Assembly: GCA_951406725.2 (NCBI GenBank)
Contig: OX597815.1
Coordinates: 68,882,001 to 68,946,000, forward strand
Origin: Octopus vulgaris
Lineage: Eukaryota
Reading direction: 5' to 3'
DNA: 64,000 nt
Shown: one piece after another, positions 40,386-53,190 of the stretch
Layout: every line of letters begins with the position of its first letter
Position numbering within the stretch: position 1 is the first letter of the stretch
Position numbers and translations under genes: made by a program
Notes under the pieces: model-generated
Told to the model about the DNA's origin: nothing
What the model saw: only the letters and a program-made list of their open reading frames with translations
The model's database searches: none

Positions 40386-40781
40386 TAGCAGTATCGCCCG
40401 GCGTTGCTCGGGTTTGTAAGGGAAATAACTATATAAGCATTTTTAGAGAGTTATAGCCAAAAATAGCAAAAAAATGCATTAAAAATTGAAAAAAAATTAA
40501 GTTAATTTTTTTTTTAAATCGTTGACACATCGTAGATATTTTTAGAGAGTTACTTCCCTTATATAATAACGAAAAATATGCATTAAAATGGAAAAATATG
40601 ATGGTAAATTTTTTTAAAATCGTAGACTCATCGTAGACGCGCGCTAATACCCAGAAGGGCTCGATATGAATCACGACTATAAGATACCCGCTTTTGGTTA
40701 AACTACACCGCAAAATGTGGGAGTAGTTACGAATCTAAATCGTAGGAGACAGACACACAACTTCACTCTTATATATAAAGA
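40385..40781 (-). mobile_element. non-autonomous Helitron (family H1)
   Basis: Minus strand 5'-TC start, 3' hairpin CCCGAGCAACGCCGGG, CTAG end, inserted between A and T. Confidence 0.88.
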
Positions 40782-40893
40782 TATAAGCCACGTAGTTATA
40801 TACACATACTTTGTTATATACACATTCTTAAAAGAAAATGTTATTTTGAACACAACATTTACAAAGAATAAAATATTTTTTGGTTTTTCTTAA

Positions 40894-41717
40894 CCCTTTC
40901 GTTACTATATTTCTGACCAAAATACACCCCTTATGTGTTTCAATGAATTTCTAACGTAATCATAAATTTAGTCTGGTTTCATTAAACAACTATAACTTTT
41001 TTATTTATGAATATATTAATCTGATTTTTGGAAGATAATTTAGTGAAATGTTCTCAACCAATTCTATATTATAATTTTTGTCACAAAGTGACTCTAATTG
41101 CAGGTAGATACAGGTAAATTCAACAATATATAAAATTATTAAAATTTTGTTCAAACATCGCTATAGAAAATGGGTTATTAGCTAATATTCAATTGGGTGT
41201 ACAACAAAATTTTACGCTAGAATTTGTTATTCTGGGTAACTTTCTAATACCCATAATAATATTTATGGCAAAATAGGCCTTAATTTCATTTAAGGTTGTG
41301 GGAAATAACAAACTATCGTTTCTTTCGCTTTGTTTAGGTTGAGATCAAATACCACATGCTTTTTTTTTTCAGTCATAGAGTTAGATTTATGAAGGTCTTC
41401 AGTAGAAAATCCTTCGAATTCTGACTCGCTGCTTGATATAATGAAATTCGTATCCATTTTTTGTCAGAATTACAAATTTTGAAAACACAATAGGAACAAA
41501 TTTCAGAAAAAAAATCTCCCATAATTCACGGAATTAAAATTACACTTCGATTTTTGTACAAAACTGTAGTTGAACTGTTTACGAAGTATAATACGTGTTT
41601 TCACGAATGTTCTAAAGAGATTTACTCTGATATTCTCATTTAAATATGAATAGGTAAATTCGGGCGGCTTGGTCACATTAACCAAAATTTTTTTCGGGCG
41701 GTTTGGTAACAAAAGGG
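40894..41717. mobile_element. piggyBac-like MITE (family P1)
   Basis: TTAA|CCCTTTCGTTAC ... GTAACAAAAGGG|TTAA. Confidence 0.85.
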
Positions 41718-42096
41718 TTAAATGGATGCATACATTTATTAATAACTATATATAAGTGTCATCTGTTTATACATAAACACTGTTTCATACTGCAATTATA
41801 TATACATATATCTATATATAATATTATATAATAAAATATATACAGAGTAAAATAAAAACCAATTTACCTTTTCTGTATTGTTATTCGACCGTCCGTGTGT
41901 CTTTGCAAATGTGTTGGAATGATAAGTGAGTTGTGTTTTGGCGCCTTTTTTTACTAATAACAAACACACACGTGTTTGTATGTAGTTGTTTGAAACGTTT
42001 GTGTTTGCCACTCTCATATATGTATGTGTATGCGTGTGTGTGAGGAATGACACACACACACTCACGCACGCACACATGTACATCAATGCTTTTATG

Positions 42097-42497
42097 AGCG
42101 TCATAGAGGGAAACAAATATTACATCGCCATCGCCATAGCCATCGCCATAGCCATCGCCATCGCCATCGCCATCGCCATAGCCATCGCCATCGCATTCTA
42201 TTTTCTACCTGTCAACACACAGTGAATTAGTTTCAGTTTATTCATTGCCCACTGTGTGTGTGCGTTTGCGTGTGGTGTAAACCAGACTAAGAAAAGCATT
42301 TGACACACACACCAGAATGTGAGTTTTCTGTAAATTTTGCTTAATTGGAGTTTAAATTTTGAAAACTGGACCTGGCATGACGCGATGCATTGTACTCTTA
42401 AAAATGCTAGGTAAATTGTAATTGAAGAAATCCTATATTGTAGATTTGTATAACTCCCAAAGGGAGGCAGATAAAATCTGCCTTTTATAATAAGAGA
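42097..42497 (-). mobile_element. Helitron-like 5' end (family H2) with (ATCGCC/ATAGCC)n expansion; second copy at 44291-44611
   Basis: Minus strand starts TCTCTTATTATAAAAG; ~300 bp near-identical between the two copies. Confidence 0.6.
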
Positions 42498-42509
42498 TAT
42501 ATATATATA

Positions 42510-43144
42510 CTAGCAGTATCGCCCGGCGTTGCTCGGGTTTGTAAGGGAAATAACTATATAAGCATTTTTAGAGAGTTGTAGCCAAAAAATAGCAAAAAAT
42601 GCATTAAAAATGGAAAAAATATGATGGTAAATATTTTTTTAAATCGTTGACTCATCGTAGACATTTTTAGAGAGTTACTTCCCTTATATAATAGCGAAAA
42701 AATGCATTAAAATGGAAAAAAAACGATGGTAAATTTTTTTTTAAATCGTAGACTCATGTAGACGCTTTCTTAGCCATTTCTGTTTTGGTGTCTTCAAGCC
42801 ATGAAGTCGTTGTTCTAAAAGAACGCTGGTCTCCTTGACAACGCATTACGACGTTGATTTCCTTACACTCCCTTCCCCACAGGTGCAGGTGTGAGCGTGG
42901 ACGCCAACTCCGCCGCCATCGACACACGAAAAATTATGCATTAAAATGGAATAAAAAATTATGTTAAATTATTTTTTAAATCGTAGACTCATCGTTGACG
43001 CGCGCTAATAGTCAGACGGGCTCGATATGAATCACGGCTATAAGCTACCCGAATTTGGTTAAACTGCACCGCAAAATGTGGGAGTAGTTAGGAATCTAAA
43101 TCGAAGGGGACAGACACTCACACAACTAGTTTTATATATATAGA
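42510..43144 (-). mobile_element. non-autonomous Helitron H1, longer variant
   Basis: Same termini as the 40385 copy plus an extra segment at ~42766-42930. Confidence 0.88.
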
Positions 43145-43279
43145 TATACATAGCGCAGTAGTGGTGAGATGTGACAGCAAAGAAAAGCATACATTCACTC
43201 TCTGCATGCAATTAGACTCGGAAAGTTCGTGAGGAACCCATTGACCCAATTTGCTGACTTTTCCGATAGCACACAGGTC

Positions 43280-43585
43280 TCAATGAATGGTTGAATGACC
43301 AAATCCAAGCTTCTCTGCTAGTTCCTCAACAGTTACGATGAGATTTTGTTCCACCAGGGTTTTCAGGATGTCCTTGTCGAGTTCTACAGATCTTTCAGGA
43401 TGAGGCTCGTCTTCTAGGCTGTAGTTTATGGCTCGGAATTTCTGGAACCACCATTGACACTGCCTTATGCTTATTGTCCAATCCCCATATACTGCATTAA
43501 TATTTCTTGTACTTTCCGTTGCGTTGTTGTCTTTATTGAACTCATAAAGCAAAATATGCCAAATATGCTCCTTTGTTACTTCCAA
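43280..43585 (-). pseudogene. mariner (Mos1/SETMAR-like) transposase N-terminal HTH fragment; element extends to ~43754
   Basis: HILLYEF...INAVYG...QWWFQKFR...SLEDEP...TVEELAEKLG; truncated with a stop, no DD34D domain. Confidence 0.9.
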
Positions 43586-45233
43586 TATAGCTTTGAAAAA
43601 AATAGCTGTTAAAATCGAAATGCACTCTTCAAAACTTGCACTATGAATAAGGACAAGATAAAATTACTACCTGCTTTTTATAGCAAGTTAATATAAGTAG
43701 TTTATCCCATTCCCCTCTGACATTTAGTTCAAGCTGTTGAAAAAACCGCATTATTATATATATATACATACATACATACATACATATACACACACACTCT
43801 CTCTCTCACACACATTTTACATTCTGTTATTGTTTTATACGTTTCAGCCTTGAGGTTGTGGCCATGCTGGATCATGTGTGTGTGTGTGTGTCTATCTGTC
43901 TGTCTCTCTGTATGTATATATGTATATGTATGTGTGTGAACAATAATATTTTCAACAGATGTGTTGCAGATGTATCTGATTGTTCTCAAGCTTCAATACT
44001 GTGTGTGTGTGTATGTGTGTGTGTGTGTATGTATGTATGTATATGTATGTATGTATGTATATGTATGTATGTATGTGTGTATGTATGTATGTGTGTGTGT
44101 ATGTATGTATGTGTGTGTGTATGTGTGTGTGTGTATGTATGTATGTATGTATGTATGTATGTATGTATGTATGTATGTATGTATGAGTGTATGTTTACTT
44201 TATTACTCTCTGGCTATTTACTCTCTTCCAAGAACATTTTCACTCACTCTTATGTGTTAGCTTCCCATACATTTTACTCATGTATCTATCAGCGTCATAG
44301 TCGTCATCGCATTCTATTGTCTACCTGTCAACACACTGAATTAGTTTCACTTTATTCGTAGCACACTGTGTGTGTGCGTTTGCGTGTGGTGTAAACCAGA
44401 CTAAGAAAAGCATTTGACACACACACCAGAATGTGAGTTTTCTGTAAATTTTGCTTAACTGGAGTTTAAATTTTAAAAACTGGACCTGGCATGACGCGAT
44501 GCATTGTACTCTTAAAAATGCAAGGTAAATTGTAATTGAAGAAATCCTATATTGTAGATTTGTATAACTCCCAAAGGGAGGCAGATAAAATCTGTCTTTT
44601 ATAATAAGAGATATATATATTTGTGTGTGTATGTGTGTGTCTACATGCAGTTCTACACATTCCTTTCTCATTGTGTCCTGCACTAAACAAACACATGCTT
44701 TCACAAATGTAAATGCATGCACACACACACACACACTGGAGAGCTAACAATTGCCTCAATTATGCAAAATCTTTAAAACTATGGGATTACGATGATTAGA
44801 TTATTCTACTGATTTTAATTAAAGAATTAGATGAAATTTGTCAGTCATATTTGCCTCACATTAAGCCCTCACCTTCCATACTTAGACATGGGTTATTGTT
44901 GGTGATGATGATGGTAATAATAATGGATGAGGATAATGAAGATAATGAGGATGAGTGGGAGGGAGCTGTGCTGGTTGTGGTAAGAGGAATGAAGATGCTA
45001 CATGTGGCTTGTTAGAGGTGAGGATGGAATAAAATAATGCTAGTAAGTTTTGTTTTTTACATTTTTTGTTAGCGTGGCTGTGTGACACAGATATGGCTGT
45101 GTGGTTATGAAAATTGCTTCTCAACCAAAGGTTTTGGGTTCAGGCCCAGTGTGTCACCTTAGTCAAATGTCTTCTACTGTAGTTAACCAAAGCCTTGTAT
45201 TTGGATGTGGTAAACTGAAATTGAAAAAAAACT

Positions 45234-45266
<33 letters not shown>

Positions 45267-45337
45267 ATGCATGCCTACATGCGTATGTATGTATGTATGT
45301 ATGTATGTATGTATGTATGTATGTATGTATGTATGTA

Positions 45338-45372
<35 letters not shown>

Positions 45373-45446
45373 TACTTTATATATATAATATATATGCATG
45401 TATGTATGTATGTATGCATGTATATATATATGCATATATGTATGCG

Positions 45447-45510
<64 letters not shown>

Positions 45511-47599
45511 AACTGTGTGTATGAATGTAAGTACATGTAGGTTTGTGTCTCTTTGTCTTGACATTATGTAATAGTTGTAAATAAGTGTCACTGTTATACA
45601 AGCAGTGTGATTCATTTCCAGTATTAAGTGTCCGTGGGAAAAATTTGCCTTGTTCAGAAGGAAGTGAGAGTTGGCAACAGGAAATGCATCTGGCTATTGA
45701 AAATCTGCCTCAATAAACTCTATCCAACCCAGGCAAGCTTGGAAAATTGGATGATGGTTATGATGATAAGAGTAAGGATGATGAAGATGGCATCATCAGC
45801 ATTGGTGTTGGCATTGGCAGTAGTGGCATCAGCTTTGTGGTGGTGGCAGTAGTGTATTTGTTGTTTAGCTGATGTCTGTCTATCTGCTTCTACTTCTTGC
45901 TATTTTAAATTCATTTAGCCAAGCTATGAATATTTTTTTTAGTAGCTTCAGTCATTAAACTGTGGCCATGCTAGAACACCACACTTGAGAGGTTTACTTG
46001 ATTGTATTGATCTCAGTATTTATTTCTGTATTTGTGTTTTTATTTTATTGTTCACTTTTCACTGAATCGTTAGCTATGCATTCTGACATGGACTGATGCA
46101 GCTGGATGCACTGGTTTACACCAGTAAACATTAATAATTAATGGATTCTTCATCAGATTTGATGAATTTGATATTACAGCTGTCTGATCAACTCAGTCAT
46201 TCATTCATTGAACTATATAAGTGGCTGAGTATTCCCCATACAGCTTTACCATTAAAGTAAGCCTCAGGTAGATTCTTAGCATGACACAGCATGTGACATT
46301 GGTTGATTTTGAATTACATGTACAGCCCATCCGATGGACTTCAACACAGTTTCCTTTTACCAAAATTCACTCACAAGGCTTGGGTCAACTAGAGGTTAAG
46401 GTAAAAAGCACCTGCTCAGGATGACATGCAGTGGGATTGAACTTGGATTCTCATGGTTGTGAATCAAATTTCTTATGCATTTTGCCATATTTGCAGCCAC
46501 TGGTCATCATAAACAACCCCTTACACACATAATCATATATCAATTATTGTTTAATGTCCACTTCTCCATGGGTCAGACAGAATTTGTTGAGGTAGATCTT
46601 CTATGGCTGGATGCCCTTCCTGTTACTAACCTTCATCTGTTTCCAAGTAGGGTAATATTTCCCCATGGCCGCATACGTTTTTCCACAGAAGACTATATGA
46701 TGGTAATGCTTGTTTATATCCATCATGTGATGTCAAGACAAGGGAACACACACACACGCACATTATATGGCGGGCTACTTTCAGTTTTCATCCACTCACA
46801 TAGCTTTGTTCAGTTCAGAGTTGTTGTAGAAGACATTTGTCCAAGGTGCCACACTATGGGAATGAACCCAAGAACACATGGTTGGGAAGCAAGCTTCTTA
46901 GCCATGCAGGCACTCCTATTGATGCATCATGCTTAACATGTGTACTTCGTTGACAGGCATGATGCTGTGACTTTTGTCTGAGAGAGAAAATCTTTCACAT
47001 AGACATGTTTTGTTAAAAAGATGGACATTGTTTCAGCAGTGATCCACAGGAATGTCAGATGTGTTTTGGTGTCTCTGATCTCTGTCAGTGATGTGTACTT
47101 GCTAGGCACATGCCTCGATGAGATCTCTGTCTTCTGATATATAATAAACAGTGGATAATATATTCACTGATATTATAGATAGCTTCTGGGCTATAAAAAC
47201 TCAGTATGCAATCGAAATTGCATTAAATTAATACAGACATCTGTGTACTATAGGTAAAATATATACACTGCTGACAGGCAGATGTTGAGCATAGATCCCT
47301 ATCAAAAAGATCTTCAGTCAATAAAAGCTAGGTAGCGTAGTCTACTCCAAGTTAAGTACTTCTGATATTGTTTCACCAGGAAGAGGGTATTAATGGAACT
47401 GTATCCTCTCATAAACTTGAACCACATCTCCTCTTGACCAATTCTCTTGCTAATCAGTTGTGTTACACCCTTTCTATTACTTTTGTAACTTGGTCCATCA
47501 CTTCAATACTTCTGTTGATGCTCCTCTCCAGAGCATCTCATTGCTGTATATGATGATGATGCTTCTTACAATGCTAGTCATTGTGTAGGATATCTTCCT

Positions 47600-47990
47600 G
47601 TTTTGCCTGATCAATTCTGTAAGTAATTCACATGTAACCTATTTCCACAGATATTTTCATCACCTTGGAACCTATCTCTTCTGGTCCGACTGCCTTCTTT
47701 GTCTTAAATTCTGCTTTCAGTCACCCTGCTCTCAACTTTAATGGCTGGTCCCTCTGTTGGGTTAGCTTGCAATAGGCCCTTCCTCTCCTCCATGCATTCT
47801 CTTCATTAAACAACCTCTTATAATTGCTTTTCTTTCTTTTTGGCATCATTGAGGGCAAATGCATCATTTTGTGCACACTTTTCTCCAGTAACACCTTGAT
47901 TCATTCTAGTGTACTGCCTTGAAATACAGAACACCTCATGCCTCTGATCCGCACATTGCAAAAACATGTGCAAACCTCTTAATTTTGACT
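47600..47990 (-). pseudogene. highly degenerate RTE fragment
   Basis: Minus strand EVFCISRQYTRMNQGVTGEKC...NPTEGPAIKVES aligns with the start of the 13232 ORF. Confidence 0.75.
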
Positions 47991-50438
47991 TCTGCTCTTG
48001 CTAACTGTAGTAGTAGTAGTAGTAGTAATGTCCCTGATGCAGTACCAAGCACTGGCTCTCATAACTTCTGATCTTAACTGATTGGAAGTGTTATCATAAA
48101 AGTTGGCCTACAGAAAATATTCTGCTCAATACCACAGATTTGCTTATCAGTTGTTTGACCGTAACCAGTTGAGCATGTCCCTTGGTGGTTGACAATATGT
48201 GCTTGTCTGATCACGAGCAGAAGTAGTGGGGGAGCATCATAGCCATGTGTTGAGAGGAATTCTTTGGAGTTTGAGTAATTCACCTCTGGAAACATGTGTG
48301 TTTCATTCAACATCCTTAAACAAGGACCTTTTGAGTGGGGTAGGCTACTCAACCTGAAGAAAGTTCTAACTGGGCTCCACTTGCAAGGTCATGTGCTTTT
48401 TATATCATGATATAAAATCACCATGCCATGCACATATGGTTGTGAGGCATGTGCCTGGTGTACCCTTGCCAGACGGGTAATCATGATGATATACTGGGCT
48501 TGGTATATTTTATCCCAGTGTCACTTTGATGGCATGTGCATGATGATGATGATGATGATGATACTGCTGCTGCTGCTGCTGCTGCTAATAATAATAATAA
48601 TAATTTCTTTTGCTCTGGCTCAAAGTCAGTTTCTGTATGGTATGAGTATAACCTATTGTACCGATTTCAGAACAGAAGAATACTAAATATTTCTTTAATC
48701 AATTCCAGAGATGTGAAAGACAAAGTTCAACTTCAGTAAGAATCAGAATGTGAATTTAGAACCTTTAGTATAGGGGTCTAAATTGATTTCGATCACAAAT
48801 ACAAGGTCAGAAATTTGGATGTGGGGACACAGTCTGTTGCATTGGCCCAAGTGCTTGATTAGTATTTATTTTAATGATCACCCATCCCCCCATAGGAAGA
48901 ATGAAAAGTGAAGTTGACATCAGTGGTATTTGAATTGGGGATGAGGTGAACTCTTTTGATTCCAATGTGTCTGAGACTACTCCTCATTCTATGATGCAAA
49001 CCTGCTGTTTCAAAGTGATCTGAATTATTACGTTCTATCAAAATTTTATGTTAATTTATATTTCAAACACCATCTCAATAAAGATAAAGGTATTTTACTG
49101 AATTCTTAATAATCAAAATTAACTGAAACAAAGACAGTGTTTGTCTTTGCCTTTCACCATTTGATAACTAGTGTTGGTTGGCTTACATCCCTGTAACTTA
49201 GTGGTTCAGTAAAAAGAGAATGGACTGTTGACTGATTCTTTCAAGGCAGTGCTCCAGCATGACTGTAATCCAATGATTGAAACAAATAAAAAAATAAAAG
49301 CATGTCACTCTCAACTTTGTTTGTTGAATGTTTTTAAGACATCATTAACAAGGTTTAGTAGAGATCAGCTGATTATATTGAAGATTTTCAAGAATTAATC
49401 TTTGTAGTTAGCAAGGTTACAGACTGACCTCTCTTGAACTTTTCAAAGAAGTGTCAAGTATGTTAACATTGTTGCAATGGAAGTATTGTTCCTGGCATTA
49501 TTTTATTTTAAAGTGGCAAACTGGCAGAATTGTTACCACACTGGACTCCAAAATGCTTAACTGCAATTTGTTCCAGCCCCATATGTTCTGAGTTCAAATA
49601 CTGCTGAGGTCACTTTGTCTTTCATCCTTTTAGGGTTGATGAAATAAATAACAGTTAAGCACTGGGGTTGGTGTAATTGACTTACTCCTAAAATTGCTGG
49701 GTCTGTACTAAAATCAGAAACAATTATCTTAAGATGGAACCACTGCCATCTCCACGAAGCATATAGGCATTTCTGTTGTTGTGAGTCTTGTTATATAACC
49801 TTGATAAATACTTTTTTGTGGGTTGTTTCTCATGTGTCAAGGCCAGAAGAAATGTAAACGCACACATTGCTATGGAGATCAAACTCCATAGCAACCATAT
49901 AACAATAATTGTAATTAGGCCAAAGAATGAGGGTTATAAACAGTGGAACAATTAACAGTTTTTGTTATACTTCTGCAGACGTGAATAGTTGATATCAGTT
50001 GTCCTTGAAATTCTTTCACTGCATTCCTTTTCTCATTGAGCAGCAAGCATACCTTCTTTCAGCTGCAACTTCTTCAGGCTTTCTTCTATTCTTCTGACTT
50101 TTGCTCTTGAGATATTCTTTGTTCATTGTTGGCCAACCCAGATTCGGAAAACTTCATTAATGGATGCTATCTTAGCTAAAGTGATTTATTTGATGACAGC
50201 AATAAATTTTGCATTGAGGTCCCCATTATATTGTCTTCAGTGGAGCGACCACTATTGTTCATTCTTCCTGAAAGAAGATGAATTGTCAAGTGTAAAACCT
50301 AGTATTTAGGATATTTCAGGAATTATGGGATATATACATATACACATAACATATGCACATATATATCATCATCTTTTAAACTCCATGTTCCAAGCTGTCA
50401 TCAGTTTTTCACCCCATATACCTATATATATATATACA

Positions 50439-50486
<48 letters not shown>

Positions 50487-50487
50487 C

Positions 50488-50532
<45 letters not shown>

Positions 50533-50651
50533 AATTTATATAAATAAGGATAAGATCGTTAATTTAAATTAAATAATGATCTTATCAAGTGGCCAGCATG
50601 GAAATAAAAACCTTCAAAGGTAATAATTATTATTATTATTTTATATATATA

Positions 50652-51035
50652 CTAGCAGTATCACCCAGCGTTGCTCGGGTTTGTAAGGGAAATAACTATA
50701 AAGCATTTTTAGAGAGTTATAGCAAAAAAATGCATTAAAAATGGAAAGAAAATGATGGTAAATTTTTTTTAAAATCGTTGACTCATCGTAGACATTTTTA
50801 GAGAGTTACTTCCCTTATATAATAGCGAAAAAATGCATTAAAATGGAAAAAATGATGGTAAATTATTTTTAAAATCATAGACTCATCGTAGATGCGCGCT
50901 AATACCCAGAAGGGCTCGATATGAATCACGACTATAAGATACCCGGTTTTGGTTAAACTGCACCGCAAAATGTGGGAGTAGTTAGGAATCTAAATCATAG
51001 GAGACAGACACACAACCTTACTTTTATATATAAAG

Positions 51036-51036
<1 letters not shown>
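50652..51036 (-). mobile_element. non-autonomous Helitron H1
   Basis: TC...CTAG termini and 3' hairpin; inserted in (TA)n. Confidence 0.88.
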
Positions 51037-51063
<27 letters not shown>

Positions 51064-51066
<3 letters not shown>

Positions 51067-51257
51067 ATTTTATAGAAGGAGCTTCTACAGGACTAGAACT
51101 GTTTCATTCAAAAGAAATCATCAGGGCTTCCTGATGATTTCTTTTGAATGAAACAGTTCTAGTCCTGTAGAAGCTCCTTCTATAAAATAAATTAATTTAC
51201 TCTGCTATGTATTGAGTACCTTATTTACTGTGGTTAACCCCGACTCAACCCGGGACC

Positions 51258-51260
<3 letters not shown>
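51064..51260 (+). mobile_element. young Penelope-like terminal repeat with perfect 62 bp fold-back, inserted in (TA)n
   Basis: 51064-51125 is the exact reverse complement of 51130-51191; 4 nt loop; tail continues to 51260. Confidence 0.85.
51124..51176 (+). ncRNA. type I hammerhead ribozyme
   Basis: Stem I GGGCUUC/GAAGCUC; CUGAUGA 51131-51137; stem II U-UUC-UUUU-GAA-U; GAAA; stem III ACAG-uucuaguc-CUGU; GUA with predicted cut after 51169. Confidence 0.8.
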
Positions 51261-51304
<44 letters not shown>

Positions 51305-51700
51305 CCTTATCCAAGATGCCACACTGTGGTACTGAACCTGAAACTATGTAGGAGGGTAGGAAACTATGCCTGCCCAACCACAGTGATTTCATAGTGATTC
51401 CAGTTCCTGTGTTAATGCCCCTGAGAAGAATAAAGAAATGCATGAACATCACAAATCTCACTGTTTGACCCCTGAAGATCAATAAGTCTAGACACCTATT
51501 GTTGGTAAACTTTTTCTTATCAGACAAGACTAATTATGATTAGTAAATATTTATTTTTATATAAGTGATGTAAATAAACATGATTTAACTGAGTGACTGA
51601 ACAAATGGGGAGGGCAATATCCTAATACTTTTTACAATTATTATTATTATTATTATTGTTATTATTATTATTATTATTGTTATTATTGTTATTATTATTA

Positions 51701-51746
<46 letters not shown>

Positions 51747-52832
51747 GAGAGAACAGTGCATGCCTATTATTATTATTATTATTATTATTATTTATTCCAC
51801 CTCCACTTCATTTTCTGATGTTATACAATCTATATTTGGTATAGAACAGACATTTAATATTTAGTCTATACCACCTGCTTGTACACATGTATCTACACAT
51901 ATAGGTATGGATATATACATGCATGCATACATGTATACATACACTCATACACATACACATAAAAACATATGTATAAATGCATACACAAAGATACATTTAC
52001 ATATGCAACACATACATACACACAAATATATACATACATATAAACAGACATGCACATACAGTCATGTATATCCAAATATAAATAAACACATGCTTCTATA
52101 CACATACATATTTCTATTCAGGCATAACAGTTATTGTTATGATTACTCTTAATTTGTCAATGAAAATATTGATTCCTTTCATGAATACAAGGACATTGAT
52201 CTTTACATGAGAGAAATGAAATGTGAAGTTGTAACATTCATACCTTTCTCGAGAGCATTAAGTGCTGAATGCAAAGGAAAGTTGTTTCAATAGGGATCTG
52301 AACCAATTTTTATAAAATTAGCTCTCTTCTGTAAGCTTTAATATTTCTTTCCTTTCAGTTTTACTAATAGGGTTTATATTTTAGAAGATGAAGGAATTTG
52401 ATAAAAAGAAGGAATTTGGCATACTCGGACAGTCATTGTTTTTCAAGGTTGTTCACACAACTGAAGTAAATTTAGATCAACTAAGATTCCAATTTGGGTC
52501 AGACTTTGTTTTTCCAAGAATTTAACTTTTGCTCTACAGTTACAATATTATTACTTTTTGTAATAGAGTCTATGGCTGCATGGTAAGAGGTTTGCTTCCC
52601 AACAATATGGTTTTGGGTTCAGTCCTACCGTGTGGCACTTTGCTGTAGCCCCTGTGTGATCAAAGCTTTCTGAATGGATTTGGTAGATGCAAACTGTCAG
52701 AAGCCTACCATAGAATCTTAGAAACCATGTGGTTGTGAAGTGTATTCCTTAAGCACACAAATAACTTTGAACTCACTGGCAATAAAATTACACACACACC
52801 TCTTTCTTTTTCCATGCTGATAAAGGTTGGAT

Positions 52833-52928
52833 ACCATGGTCCAAGTTAGCTCTTACATAGACTTTTGTCTTAGATAGTTTACCATGGTCCAAGTTAGCTC
52901 TTACATAAACTATTGTCTTAGATAGTTT
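52833..52928 (+). repeat. 48 bp tandem duplication
   Basis: Two units with 2 mismatches. Confidence 0.95.
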
Positions 52929-52971
52929 GGGAGAATCATATCTTGCTTGAACATTATTAAATTTGATATGA

Positions 52972-53190
52972 AGGCAGTGAGTTGGCAGAATCGTTAGCAT
53001 GTCTGATGAAATGCTTAGTGGTGTTTCGCCGGTCCTTATGTTCTGAGTTCAAATTCTGCCAAGGTCAGCTTTGCCTATCATCCTTTGTGGGTTGATAGAT
53101 TAAGTACCAGTCAAGTTCAGGGGTTGATGTAATCGACTATCCCCCTCCCCCAAATTTCAGGCCTTGATCCTATAGTAGAAAGGGTTATTA
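52972..53190 (+). mobile_element. SINE family 4
   Basis: Homologous to the reverse complement of 19418-19652. Confidence 0.8.
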
